NCBI GenBank assembly: GCA_030740155.1
Contig: JASLXV010000069.1
Span: forward strand, 1-64,000
DNA from: Dehalococcoidia bacterium
Lineage (GTDB): Bacteria; Chloroflexota; Dehalococcoidia; Lucifugimonadales; UBA3495
Length of the DNA stretch: 64,000 bases
Reading direction: 5' to 3'
Shown here: positions 40,062 to 50,138 of the stretch, one piece after another
How positions within the stretch are numbered: position 1 is the first letter of the stretch
How the letters are laid out: every line of letters begins with the position of its first letter
Notes under the pieces: generated by a model
Told to the model about the DNA's origin: nothing
Databases searched by the model: none
What the model saw: only the letters and a program-made list of their open reading frames with translations
Position numbers and translations under genes: made by a program

Positions 40062-41192
40062 CTAGGTTTGCCCGCCAACTACACGGGCCACCTCATCAAT
40101 GGCGCGGTCTATGTCCGCGGCCGCGGTGAACCGGCCGACCGAGAAGCGAATGGTCCCCATGGCGTATTCCAGGGGCACTTCCATGGCCTTGAGGACGCTG
40201 GAAACCTCCACCCGGTCTCTGTGGCAGGCCGAGCCGGCGGAGGCGGCCACGTCTTTCAGCTCGGAGAGGATGGTATTGGCTTCCAGTCCCTTGAAGCTGA
40301 CGCTCGCCGTATTGGGCAGCCGTTTCTCCCGATGCCCGTTGACCCGGGCATTGGGAAACCGGTCCAGCAGGCCACTCTCCAGCCGGTCCCGCATCTCCTG
40401 CATGTGGTCGTGGTATTCAGACAGGTTCCGGTCGATCAGCTCGAAGGCTTCGCCCAGCGCCACGATCTGAGCCACGTTTTCCGTCCCGGCCCGCCAGTCC
40501 ATCTCGTGGTTCGCACCGTGGATCAGCTTCTCCAGCTTTACTCCGGCCCGCACGTATAGAGCCCCGATCCCTTTGGGGGCATACAGCTTGTGGCCGGCGA
40601 CGGTGAGCAGATCCACTCCCAGCTCGTCGACGTGGACCGGCATCTTGCCGAGGGATTGGGCGCAATCGGAGTGGACCAGCACGCCCCGTCGACGAGCGAT
40701 GCCGGCGATGTCGGCGATGGGTTCGATAGTACCCACCTCATTGTTGGCGTGCATGATGGTAACCAGCACGGTCTGCTGGGTGATCGCCGCCTCGACGTCC
40801 TGGGGATCGACCTGCCCGTTACGGTCCACGGGCAGGTAAGTGATCCGGCAACCGTTTTCCTCCAGGTAGCGGCACACCTCGATCACCGAGGGATGCTCCA
40901 CGGTCGAGGTGATAATGTGGTTGCCCCGGCCCCGGCGGGCGCCGGCCACGCCTTTGATGGCGTAGTTATTCGACTCGGTGCCGCCGCTGGTGAAGACCAC
41001 CTCGTCCGTCCCGCAGCGAAGCGTTGCCGCCACCTGGCTGCGGGCCCTATCGACGGCCTCCTTGGTGGTGACCCCGAAGGCATGGCCGCTGGACGGGTTT
41101 CCGAAGTGCTGCTGAATGAACGGCAACATGGCCTCAGCGACCTGTGGGTCAATGGGAGTGGTGGCGTTGTAATCCAGATAAATGGGGTTCAT
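40062..41192 (-). CDS. Cysteine desulfurase family (class V PLP) protein
   Basis: IYLDYNATTP, FTSGGTESNN, HKLYAPKG, SAGSACH. Confidence 0.93.
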   Translation of the reverse strand: MNPIYLDYNATTPIDPQVAEAMLPFIQQHFGNPSSGHAFGVTTKEAVDRARSQVAATLRCGTDEVVFTSGGTESNNYAIKGVAGARRGRGNHIITSTVEHPSVIEVCRYLEENGCRITYLPVDRNGQVDPQDVEAAITQQTVLVTIMHANNEVGTIEPIADIAGIARRRGVLVHSDCAQSLGKMPVHVDELGVDLLTVAGHKLYAPKGIGALYVRAGVKLEKLIHGANHEMDWRAGTENVAQIVALGEAFELIDRNLSEYHDHMQEMRDRLESGLLDRFPNARVNGHREKRLPNTASVSFKGLEANTILSELKDVAASAGSACHRDRVEVSSVLKAMEVPLEYAMGTIRFSVGRFTAAADIDRAIDEVARVVGGQT

Positions 41193-41402
41193 TGGCTCCG
41201 GGCCTCCGCCGCACCTGATTGCTCGCGCTCCGGGGCAAGCCTTGTTTTAGCCTCCCATGGTATCTTCAACCGATGCCACTGGCAAGGAAGGTGTCACCGG
41301 CGCTTCGGGAAGCGGCGCCGGTGTAGTATTATGGTGCCGCGAAGAGACACCTCTCGGCCGGCAGTTGATAGCTGACGGCTGACGGCCGATGTTGGAGGCG
41401 CC

Positions 41403-42962
41403 ATGTTCGACCTTTTGATCAAAGACGGCCGCGTCATCGACGGAACCGGCCAAGCCGGGTTCCAAGCCAGCGTGGGCATCACCGGCGACGAGGTCACCAT
41501 CGCCCGGGGCGACACCTCATCGTTGGCAGCGGCCCGAGTCATCGACGGTAGTGGCTACGTGGTCTGTCCGGGCTTCATCGACATGCATTCCCACTCGGAC
41601 CTGAAGCTGCTGGCCGAGCCCAAACACGAGGCGAAGGTCCGCCAGGGGGTCACCACCGAGGTCCTGGGCATGGACGGCCTGTCCTACGCTCCCACATCCC
41701 CGGCCAACCTGGAGCAACTCCTCACCTATCTCGCCGCCATCAACGGCAGGCCGCCGGCCGGCGTCCGGTGGGGCAGCGTCAAGGAGTTCCTGGACCTGTT
41801 CGACCGGCGGGCGGCCTGCAACGTGGCCTTCATGGTGCCCCATGCCGCTATCCGGGTGGAAGCCATGGGATGGGAAGACCGGCTTCCCACCGGCGAGGAG
41901 CTAGCCCGGATGAAGGAGCTAGCCCGCCAGGGGATGCGGGACGGCGCCTTTGGCTTCTCCACCGGTTTGACCTACGCCCCCGGGGCCTACAGCGATACCG
42001 AAGAGCTGGTGGCCGTGTGTGAGGCCATCAAGGACCTGGGCGGCTTCTACATGACCCATGCCCGGTACACCCTGGGCGACCGGCTGCTGGACCCCTTCCG
42101 GGAGGCGATTGCCATCGGACGCCGCAGCAGCGTACCGTCGCACATTTCCCACTATCACAACCCCGTCGACGGAATGGGCGAGCGGATGCTGGCCCTGGTG
42201 GACAAGGGATTGGACTCGGGACTTGACATAACTTTCGATCAGTATCCTTATGCCGCGGCCAGCACCATCCTGCATTCGCTGCTGCCCTACTGGGCGCATG
42301 CGGGAGGCCCCGGAGCATTGCTGCAACGTATCCAGGACCCGGGGATCAGAGACGAGATCGGCAACGCGATGGACCCTTTGTGGGGGCCGTCCCTGGAGGA
42401 TTTCTTCTTCAGCCACCTCGGCACGGCCAAGAACAAGGAGTGGGAGGGCCGATCTCTGGCAGACCTGGCAAGGGCCCAGGGCAAGCGGATGGTTGACACC
42501 ATCTGCGACCTGCTCATCGAAGAAAACCTGGAGGTGGCCTTCGTGGCCCGCACCGGCAACCCGGACAACATCCGCACCATCGTTCGCCATCCGGCGCACA
42601 TGGTGGGCTCCGACGGCCTCCTTACCGGGGAGAAGCCCAACCCCCGGAGCTACGGGACCTTCCCCTACATTCTGGGCCAGTTCGTCAGGGAAGAAGGGCT
42701 GCTCCGGTTGGAGGAAGGGGTTCGCAAGATGACTGCCCTGCCGGCCCAACGGCTGGGGCTGAAGGACCGGGGCATCCTGCGAGACGGCATGAAGGCCGAC
42801 GTCGTGATGTTCGATCCGGAACGGGTGCGGGCATTGGCCACCTTCGACGAGCCCAAACAGTACCCCGAGGGCATCGACTACGTGGTGGTCAACGGCAGGC
42901 TGGTGATAGACAATGGTACTCATACCGGCGCCCTGCCGGGCCGGGCCCTGCGGTCGCAGTAG
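41403..42962 (+). CDS. N-acyl-D-amino-acid deacylase family amidohydrolase
   Basis: PGFIDMHSHSD, QGVTTE, GFSTGL, DQYPY, VGSDG, PRSYGTF. Confidence 0.92.
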   Translation: MFDLLIKDGRVIDGTGQAGFQASVGITGDEVTIARGDTSSLAAARVIDGSGYVVCPGFIDMHSHSDLKLLAEPKHEAKVRQGVTTEVLGMDGLSYAPTSPANLEQLLTYLAAINGRPPAGVRWGSVKEFLDLFDRRAACNVAFMVPHAAIRVEAMGWEDRLPTGEELARMKELARQGMRDGAFGFSTGLTYAPGAYSDTEELVAVCEAIKDLGGFYMTHARYTLGDRLLDPFREAIAIGRRSSVPSHISHYHNPVDGMGERMLALVDKGLDSGLDITFDQYPYAAASTILHSLLPYWAHAGGPGALLQRIQDPGIRDEIGNAMDPLWGPSLEDFFFSHLGTAKNKEWEGRSLADLARAQGKRMVDTICDLLIEENLEVAFVARTGNPDNIRTIVRHPAHMVGSDGLLTGEKPNPRSYGTFPYILGQFVREEGLLRLEEGVRKMTALPAQRLGLKDRGILRDGMKADVVMFDPERVRALATFDEPKQYPEGIDYVVVNGRLVIDNGTHTGALPGRALRSQ

Positions 42963-43124
42963 GGTTCTACCGGTCAGCCTTCAGCGCTCGGCCGGGGTTG
43001 CTTCCCCGATGCCCATGGGGCATAATCCATGGCGATGTCCGCCAGTCAGGCGGCCGTTCGGTGGCCGCCGAAGGCCGGAAGCGGAGCGCTGAAGGCTGAA
43101 AGCCGACAGCTTTGGAGAGTTGAA

Positions 43125-44357
43125 ATGGACTTCGAACCTACTTACACCAGAGAGCAAGAAGAGTTCCGGCAGGAAGTTCAAGAGTGGCTCAAGGAGAACG
43201 TGCCCTCCAACTTGGAGCATCCGCCGGACCCCATCGACCTTACCTACGATCAATACCTGATGCGGCGTGAGTTGGGCCGCCGGTTGGGCGCCAAGGGGTG
43301 GCTGTGGCCCACGGCTCCCACCCAGTATGGCGGCGGCGGCCTTTCCCTGGACCACTCGGTGGTGATCGAGGAGGAGATGGACTCCTACGGCCTCACCGTT
43401 CCTCCCTACTACGATTCCGGCGGCAGGCTGGGTGGCCCGTCAATCCTGGTCTGGGGCTCCGAGGAGCAGAAGCAGCACTTCCTGCCCATGATATTCGGGG
43501 GCCAGATTCGCACCTGGCAGCTGCTAACCGAGCCGGAAGCGGGCTCCGACCTGGCCAACGTTCAGTCCACGGCCATTCCCGATGGCGACGACTACGTCAT
43601 CAACGGGCAAAAGGTCTTTATCGGCAGCTCTTACGGCTGCGACTATATGTGGTCCGTGCTCCGCACCGACACCGAGGCGCCAAGACACCAGAACCTGGGC
43701 TGGTTCATGATACCGGCGGACCTGCCGGGGATATCCATTGTGCCCATGGACCTGCTCATCGGTGGGGGAGAATCCGGGGCCGGCTCCGGTACCAAGAACA
43801 TGATTTTCTTCGACAACGTCCGGATATCCAAGTTCCACATGGTGGGCGGACACAACCAGGGATGGAAGGTGGCCACGACCCACCTGGAGCTGGAGCATGG
43901 CAGCGGCGGGCGCATCGCCCGGAACTGGCTGGTGGACCGCCTCTTCGACTATTGCCGCAGCACCCAGCGCCGCGGCCGGCCGCTGAGCAAAGACCAGGAC
44001 GTACGCGACCACCTGGTGGATGTGTATATCAACGCGGAAATCCTGCGGCTGTTCAACCTGCGCAACTACTGGATGGCCCGTAGCGGGACCAGCATGACCT
44101 ATGAAGGACCCCAGTCGTCCTTCGTCCGCAAGATGTCCGGCCTGCGAATGACCAACACCGTCCTGAACCTCCTGGGACCCGCGGCCCTGACCCATGACGC
44201 CCAGTGGGGCGCCGCCGACGGCCACGTCGAGGCCCACCAACGCTCGGGCATCGTCGCCGTCCATCCGGGGGGCACTGCGGATATTCAGAAGGTAATCATG
44301 GCGCGGCGCATCGGCATCGGCCGCGAGGTGAAGGAGAAGGCCGGAGCACTTGCTTAA
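43125..44357 (+). CDS. Acyl-CoA dehydrogenase family protein
   Basis: LTEPEAGSDL, INGQKVF, FFDNVR, GGTADIQ. Confidence 0.92.
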   Translation: MDFEPTYTREQEEFRQEVQEWLKENVPSNLEHPPDPIDLTYDQYLMRRELGRRLGAKGWLWPTAPTQYGGGGLSLDHSVVIEEEMDSYGLTVPPYYDSGGRLGGPSILVWGSEEQKQHFLPMIFGGQIRTWQLLTEPEAGSDLANVQSTAIPDGDDYVINGQKVFIGSSYGCDYMWSVLRTDTEAPRHQNLGWFMIPADLPGISIVPMDLLIGGGESGAGSGTKNMIFFDNVRISKFHMVGGHNQGWKVATTHLELEHGSGGRIARNWLVDRLFDYCRSTQRRGRPLSKDQDVRDHLVDVYINAEILRLFNLRNYWMARSGTSMTYEGPQSSFVRKMSGLRMTNTVLNLLGPAALTHDAQWGAADGHVEAHQRSGIVAVHPGGTADIQKVIMARRIGIGREVKEKAGALA

Positions 44358-44442
44358 CAGCCATCAGCTTTCAGCTTTCAGCAGCCACTCCAATAGTTGG
44401 CCCCTGCTGGCTGACAGCTAATTCCCAGAGGAGGAACCACCC

Positions 44443-45564
44443 ATGGACCTGTCGCTGACCTCGGAACAAGAGATGCTGAAGACGGCGGTTCGCCGCTTCG
44501 TTCAGAAGGAGTACACCAAAGAGACCCTTTTGGACATGGCAACGTCGGGCCATGTAGCGCCTTCAGACCCCTGGCAGAAGCTGGCCGAGACCGGATGGCT
44601 GGGCATCGTGGTCCCGCCGGAGTACGGCGGCGAGGGCGCCTCGCTGACCGATGCCGGGGTGATGTTCGAGGAGCTTGGCCGGGGACCGGTGCCTGGACCC
44701 CACCTTACCTCCGGCGTGCTGGGAGTGTTCACGGTCCTGGAGGGAGGCACCGAAGAGCAGAAACGCGACTGGCTGCCCCGAATCTCCAAGGGCGAGGCCC
44801 GGCTGGTTCCGGCGGTAACGGAGGCCGATTACAGTTGGGAGGCCGGGGACGTGCGCCTGGTGGCCCGGCGGGACGGCGACGGCTATCTCTTGAACGGCAC
44901 CAAGGTATTCATTCTGGACGCCACCTCCGCCACCCATCTCCTGTGCGCCGCTCGCTCGGAAGAGGACGGCGAAGTCGGCATGGCGACGGTGCCGGTAACC
45001 TCTCCCGGCCTCTCCATACGCGCCCTGCCCGGCATGGCCTGGAATCTGGCGGAGGTCAAGTTCGACGACGTAGCGATCGACAAGCCGGACATTCTGGGCG
45101 AGTCGTTCACCAGCGGGTGGGCTGCTCTGGAGCGGGCCATCGCCCGGACCATCCCCGTCATGAGCGCCTACCAGGTTGGGGCCTGCCAGTCGATCTACGA
45201 GTTGTCTGTAGCCTATAGCCGGACCCGGATGCAGTTCGGCACGCCGATCGGCCGGTTCCAGAGGGTGCAGGACCATGTTATCAACCTGGTCAACCAACTG
45301 GATGCAGCCCGTTGGACCACCTACGAGGCCCTCTGGAAGCTGGACACCGGCAAGGCGGCCGCCGACAGCGTCCACCTGGCCAAGGCCGTGGGCAGCGAGG
45401 CCTACTATCAGGCTTGCAACCACGCCCACGAGGTCCACGCCGGGGTGGGCAGCATGACCGAGTACGGTCTGACACTGCACACCACCGCGTCCCGTACCCT
45501 GTACCACTATCTCGGGGACCCTCTCTACCACCGCCGCCGGCTGGCCGAGGCGTTGGAGTTGTAG
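44443..45564 (+). CDS. Acyl-CoA dehydrogenase family protein (second subunit type)
   Basis: LNGTKVF, RMQFGTPIGRFQ, EVHAGVG; degenerate TEP motif (VTEADY). Confidence 0.88.
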   Translation: MDLSLTSEQEMLKTAVRRFVQKEYTKETLLDMATSGHVAPSDPWQKLAETGWLGIVVPPEYGGEGASLTDAGVMFEELGRGPVPGPHLTSGVLGVFTVLEGGTEEQKRDWLPRISKGEARLVPAVTEADYSWEAGDVRLVARRDGDGYLLNGTKVFILDATSATHLLCAARSEEDGEVGMATVPVTSPGLSIRALPGMAWNLAEVKFDDVAIDKPDILGESFTSGWAALERAIARTIPVMSAYQVGACQSIYELSVAYSRTRMQFGTPIGRFQRVQDHVINLVNQLDAARWTTYEALWKLDTGKAAADSVHLAKAVGSEAYYQACNHAHEVHAGVGSMTEYGLTLHTTASRTLYHYLGDPLYHRRRLAEALEL

Positions 45565-45568
45565 GCGC
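45517..45568 (+). repeat. Direct repeat copy 1 (3' end of the acyl-CoA dehydrogenase gene)
   Basis: 46/52 identical to 46565-46616 by manual alignment. Confidence 0.85.
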
Positions 45569-45576
45569 CGCGAGAA

Positions 45577-46521
45577 TCAGGTTTCGTTTTGCGGCACCCC
45601 GGTCAGCTTACCGAAGTTCAAATAACGATCGAGGAAGACGTCTATCCACTCTTTCCGGGTGTTGCGCTGGACGGACGCGCACACGCTCTCAAGCGTCCAG
45701 GGCTCGAATGTATTGGCTTCGATGAGACACGCGTTGTAATCGTCCACGGCGCGGGCACAGAATTCGTTTCGTTCGGGATACAGGAACACAAAGAAGCCAT
45801 CATCGAAATCTGCTGCCGCCAGCAAGCTGCCCGCCAGTAGATGGTCCCGCCACACCTGTTGAAGTGGCTGTTTTTGAAGTAGCTTCAGGCGGTCATCCCT
45901 GAAACAGCCCATGGTGCGAGCTACTTCGATGTAACGGGGCCGATGCCTGGCCGGTTTGCCTAGCAGGTTTTCGTGGTACTTTACCTCTACGCCGACGAAA
46001 CCCCTCCCACCTTTCGAGGTAATATAATTGATATAGACGTCAAAAGCGGAGTTGTCCCCGGTGTAATTGTCGTCTCCTCGGCCTGGCGAGTACTCGAACT
46101 CGATACCGGTAACCTCTGCAATACGGCCGCCGCTCAGTGCGCCAAGAGACGACGTGGCTAACGATAGATCTTGTTGGAGTTCGCCGAACAGGTTGAATGC
46201 CAGGGGTTGGCTCGACAACAAGTCGTTAAATATCCTCGGCCGTCCATACAGCTTGCCACTGCTTTTGGTTTTGTCGAGCACCTCCTGCCCCACGACTCCG
46301 CGCACCGTTTCCGTGAGGTAATTCGACAATGTCTCCTCGGCCCATGGCATTGCCAACCGTGAGCCGAGGAGCCTGCTTCCGCCTCTACCTCGGTGCTCAC
46401 CGATCGGGTAGCCACGTTCCACACGCCACATGGACTGCAACACCCGGGCCTGACGCTGGAAATTTCGCCGGTCGATCTTCTCGAACACTTGGTAACGCCT
46501 CGCAATTTCATCAAGGTTCAT
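45577..46521 (-). CDS. Putative PD-(D/E)XK restriction-endonuclease-like protein (PGN_0703-like)
   Basis: LLSSQPLAFNLF, SAFDV...GVEVKYHE, QQVWRDHLL. Visibly lower GC than neighbours. Confidence 0.7.
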   Translation of the reverse strand: MNLDEIARRYQVFEKIDRRNFQRQARVLQSMWRVERGYPIGEHRGRGGSRLLGSRLAMPWAEETLSNYLTETVRGVVGQEVLDKTKSSGKLYGRPRIFNDLLSSQPLAFNLFGELQQDLSLATSSLGALSGGRIAEVTGIEFEYSPGRGDDNYTGDNSAFDVYINYITSKGGRGFVGVEVKYHENLLGKPARHRPRYIEVARTMGCFRDDRLKLLQKQPLQQVWRDHLLAGSLLAAADFDDGFFVFLYPERNEFCARAVDDYNACLIEANTFEPWTLESVCASVQRNTRKEWIDVFLDRYLNFGKLTGVPQNET

Positions 46522-46564
46522 AGAGTGAAGATACTCCTATGGCGGCGGTGACCACCACAACGTC

Positions 46565-46616
46565 GACCCCCTGTACCACTGCCGCCGGCTGGCCGAAGCG
46601 TTGGATCTGTAGGCGC
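46565..46616 (+). repeat. Direct repeat copy 2 (orphan gene 3' end)
   Basis: Encodes DPLYHCRRLAEALDL*, versus DPLYHRRRLAEALEL* in copy 1. Confidence 0.85.
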
Positions 46617-46623
46617 TAGAGCC

Positions 46624-48819
46624 TCAACGGCCCGCCGACTCGGCGGGTCTTTCCCCGGCAGCGGTACCCTTTAGTCTCAAACCGATCCGGGCCAGGTTTA
46701 GCTCCAGGTACGAGTAATCCCGGCCCAGCAGTTCCCGTACCGGGGCCAAGAGGAGGCCCTCTGTTTCGTGGAACGCCTTCTCGATCTTCGCCAGGCGCTC
46801 CGCTGGCGGCATCAAATAGCCCAGGTCAAGCTCTTCGCCGGCCATGACCAACTGCTCCAGGTGGTAAACGATGGTGCTCTCCGCCAGGCCGCGGGCCTGC
46901 GCAATATCGCCGAGCGGCAGCTTTTGACGGGCCAATCGCTTCGTTTCTTCCCGGGTTGCCCCGCCTCGCCGGGCGTTGCCATTTCTCTCGCGCCGGCCCC
47001 TGGGCGCCTCTTTTCCCACAAGCCCGTTGGTGGTGGCGTGGTCGCTGATTAGCGCCAGGAAGGGCTCGCTGAATTCGTCAAGTTTAACCCTTCCGACCCC
47101 GGATATCCGGAGAAAGCTCTCTTCGGTCTGGGGAAGGTAGGATGCCATCTGCCGGAGCGATGCGTCACCGAATATCAGGTACGGCGGTACGCCGCGCTCA
47201 TCCGCGATCCGCTTGCGCAAGACCCGTAGCTTCTGAAACAGGTCCGGGTCACCGGTCAGGTTATCGGCAACTGGGGTTGAGGTATCGCCCATTGAACGAT
47301 CCGGGGAGCGTATGGGCCGCGTGAGGGTCAACTGCTCCCGGTTTCGGAGGAAAGCGTTGCCCGCATGGGTGACGAAGAGGGTGGGAAACTGACCGGCATC
47401 TTTTTCCAGCAGCCCCTTTCCCAGGAGGGCGTTCATCGACTGCGTCAGCTCATCAACGGAAAGATCACGGGCGATCCCATACACCGTCAGCCGGTCGTGC
47501 TCCCATTTGCGGATTTGCTTGGTCGCGGCGCCTCGAAGCACGCCGGCGATGTGGCTCGCGCCGAACCGCTCACCGGTCCGGATGACCGCCGAAAGGATCT
47601 TCTGAGAGATTTCGGTGGCGTCATACTCCTCCCGCTGTTCCAAGCAGACGTCGCACCCGCCGCAGCTTTCCTCTTCCCACTTCTCCCCGAAATACTCCAG
47701 CAGGTGTTTTCGGCGGCAGGTCTGGAGTTCAGCGAACTCGACCATTTGAGCCAGCTTCAGCCGAGCGCTATCTCGCTCCGTGCGGCCCTCGATCCGTTCG
47801 ATGAAGTAGTCTTGCCTTATCTTGTCGCCGTAGGAGTAAAAGAGGACGCACTCGCTGGGCAGTCCGTCGCGCCCGGCCCGTCCCGTCTCCTGGTAGTAGC
47901 CTTCGAGGGACTTCGGCAGGTCGAAGTGGACCACCAGGCGAACGTCCGGCTTGTCGATCCCCATTCCGAAGGCGATGGTCGCGACTACGATGGGGACCTC
48001 ATCATGGATAAACTTTTCCTGGGTATCGTTACGCGTCGACCGCTCGAGGCCGGCATGGTATGGCAGCGCCTTGAATCCTCGATCCGACAGGTCCTCCGCC
48101 AGGGCTTCGGTGTCTTTGCGGGAGATGCGGTAGATGATGACGGAGCAGGGGCCGTGCTTTTTCAGCAGCTTCAGAAGTTCATCGAAGGAGTCCCTTTTGG
48201 GTTGGACCACGTAGCTGAGGTTGGCGCGGTTGAAGCTGGATATGAATGTCTCCGGCAGCCGGAGACCAAGCTGGGTAACGATGTCCTGGCGCACTTCCAT
48301 GGTGGCCGTGGCGGTCAAGGCGATCACCGGGACGTTGGGGAAATCGTGCCTGAGGGTTTTCAGGTTGCGATAGTCCGGCCGAAAGTCGTGGCCCCATTCT
48401 GAAATGCAGTGGGCCTCGTCGATGGCGAAGAGGCTGATGTCCAGGCTTCCCAAGAATTCGCGGAACCCCGGTATGGCCAGGCGTTCCGGAGCGAGGTAGA
48501 GAATCTTGAGGGAACCCTCCAGGGCCCGCGCCCGTACTCGATTGATCTCCGAAGCAGGCAACGTGCTGTTGATGAACGCGGCCGGAATGCCGTTGGACTT
48601 GAGGCCGTCAACCTGGTCCTTCATCAGGGCGATCAGCGGCGAGACCACGACGGTAAGTCCTTCGAAGCGGAGGGCCGGCATCTGGTAGCAGAGCGACTTG
48701 CCTCCGCCCGTGGGCATCAAGACCAGGGTGTCCCCTCGGGCAAGCACCCGGGTGATGATCTCTTCCTGTTGGGGGAGGAAGTGATCGAAGCCGAAATTAG
48801 ATTTTAGAAGCGCAAGCAT
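46624..48819 (-). CDS. recQ: ATP-dependent DNA helicase RecQ
   Basis: [37 protein letters not shown], Zn-binding CRR...CGGCDVC, RQC, HRDC and C-terminal HTH. Confidence 0.96.
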   Translation of the reverse strand: MLALLKSNFGFDHFLPQQEEIITRVLARGDTLVLMPTGGGKSLCYQMPALRFEGLTVVVSPLIALMKDQVDGLKSNGIPAAFINSTLPASEINRVRARALEGSLKILYLAPERLAIPGFREFLGSLDISLFAIDEAHCISEWGHDFRPDYRNLKTLRHDFPNVPVIALTATATMEVRQDIVTQLGLRLPETFISSFNRANLSYVVQPKRDSFDELLKLLKKHGPCSVIIYRISRKDTEALAEDLSDRGFKALPYHAGLERSTRNDTQEKFIHDEVPIVVATIAFGMGIDKPDVRLVVHFDLPKSLEGYYQETGRAGRDGLPSECVLFYSYGDKIRQDYFIERIEGRTERDSARLKLAQMVEFAELQTCRRKHLLEYFGEKWEEESCGGCDVCLEQREEYDATEISQKILSAVIRTGERFGASHIAGVLRGAATKQIRKWEHDRLTVYGIARDLSVDELTQSMNALLGKGLLEKDAGQFPTLFVTHAGNAFLRNREQLTLTRPIRSPDRSMGDTSTPVADNLTGDPDLFQKLRVLRKRIADERGVPPYLIFGDASLRQMASYLPQTEESFLRISGVGRVKLDEFSEPFLALISDHATTNGLVGKEAPRGRRERNGNARRGGATREETKRLARQKLPLGDIAQARGLAESTIVYHLEQLVMAGEELDLGYLMPPAERLAKIEKAFHETEGLLLAPVRELLGRDYSYLELNLARIGLRLKGTAAGERPAESAGR

Positions 48820-48987
48820 CGAGCCATGCTAGCCTGGCGGCTTGTATTCATCAATGCCCACCTGTCAGTGCCGGTGCCAGGCACGGGGATTGGCCTCAGA
48901 AACACCCGGGGATATGTCACCCCGAGTGAAGCGAGGCGTTTCGGGTAAAAGGTCCAGGCCGCCACGCGGGGACCCCCTCTGAAAATG

Positions 48988-49024
48988 GCCCTCACCCCCG
49001 GCCCCTCTCCCGATGGGAGAGGGG
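48988..49024. repeat. Palindromic CCCTCACCC...CCCCTCTCCC/GGGAGAGGGG element (intergenic copy)
   Basis: 35/37 identical to the copy inside metH (58896-58932). Variant near 52955. Confidence 0.85.
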
Positions 49025-49231
49025 GCATCGAGTGTTTTCATCTGCCGGTGGCGCCTCGCCGGGGCATGACAACTCGGAGTGACAGCGTCGCTTCGCTTCT
49101 CGGAGTGACCGCTTTGGGGCGAAGCCCAGGTACGGGTTTAGGTCGAATCCCCCCCAGTTCCCCTGCTCAGAGGGGCATCGAGGGGGATTTGTGATTCCTC
49201 TGATTTGGCTAGCGATGCCTAGGTTGGTGGC

Positions 49232-49996
49232 TCACCGCCCCTTCCAAACCGGGGCACGCTTCTCCGCGAACGCCTTGACGCCCTCCTGGGCGTCCTCGGT
49301 GTGCAGAACGAAGTCCCGCTTGGATTGGGCGTAGGCGACCCGCCGCTCCAGGTCCATTGCCGCGCCGTTGACCGACGCATCCTTGATGGCCGCGATGGAA
49401 AGGGGAGCGTTGGCGGTTATCTTGCGGGCCATCTCCTCGGCCCTGGGCATCACCTCATCCGGCGGCACCACGTGGTTGACCAGCATCAGGTCCAGGGCCC
49501 GCTGGGCGTTAACGAACTCACCGGTGAACAGAAACTCGAAGGCGATGTTGCGGGGGACCACCTGGGCCAGCAGGGCCGGGCCGCTGACCGAAGATATCCC
49601 TCGTTTGACCTGAGGCCAGCCGAACTGGGCCTCGGTAGACGCGATCCGGATGTCGCTGCCCAGCGCAATGCCACAGCCCTGGGCCAAACAGATGCCGTTG
49701 ATGGCGGCGATGATCGGCTTCCAGATGTTGCACTGGACCACGTACAGGTCGCCGGTGCTGGGTCCCTCGTTGGCGCGGGCGGCGGCCATGGCCACCAGGT
49801 CGTGGCCCGTGGAGAAGGCCCGGCCCCGGCCGGTCACGATGGCGCACCGCACCTCAGGGTTGTTCTTCACGTCCTGAAAGGCGTCCCAGAGCAGCTGCCG
49901 CATCTCCGGATTGATGGCGTTGAGCTTCTCCGGGCGGTTCATCGTGATGTAGGCGATGCCGTCCTTAATTTCGTACAATGCTTCCGGTTCTGCCAA
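49232..49996 (-). CDS. Enoyl-CoA hydratase/isomerase family protein
   Basis: MNRPEKLNA, FSTGHDL, KPIIAAING, EGVKAFAEKR. Confidence 0.92.
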   Translation of the reverse strand: MAEPEALYEIKDGIAYITMNRPEKLNAINPEMRQLLWDAFQDVKNNPEVRCAIVTGRGRAFSTGHDLVAMAAARANEGPSTGDLYVVQCNIWKPIIAAINGICLAQGCGIALGSDIRIASTEAQFGWPQVKRGISSVSGPALLAQVVPRNIAFEFLFTGEFVNAQRALDLMLVNHVVPPDEVMPRAEEMARKITANAPLSIAAIKDASVNGAAMDLERRVAYAQSKRDFVLHTEDAQEGVKAFAEKRAPVWKGR

Positions 49997-50138
49997 TCTT
50001 GCACCTCCCTGATGTTTTGTGGTTCTTCCTAGATTCTGAAACTCTCACCGATGGTCCCCAGAAACACCCAAAGAAAAGAAATCTCCGTGCCTCTGTGTCT
50101 CTGTGGTTCCGTACCCCCGGTACCCCGGGTACCCCCAC

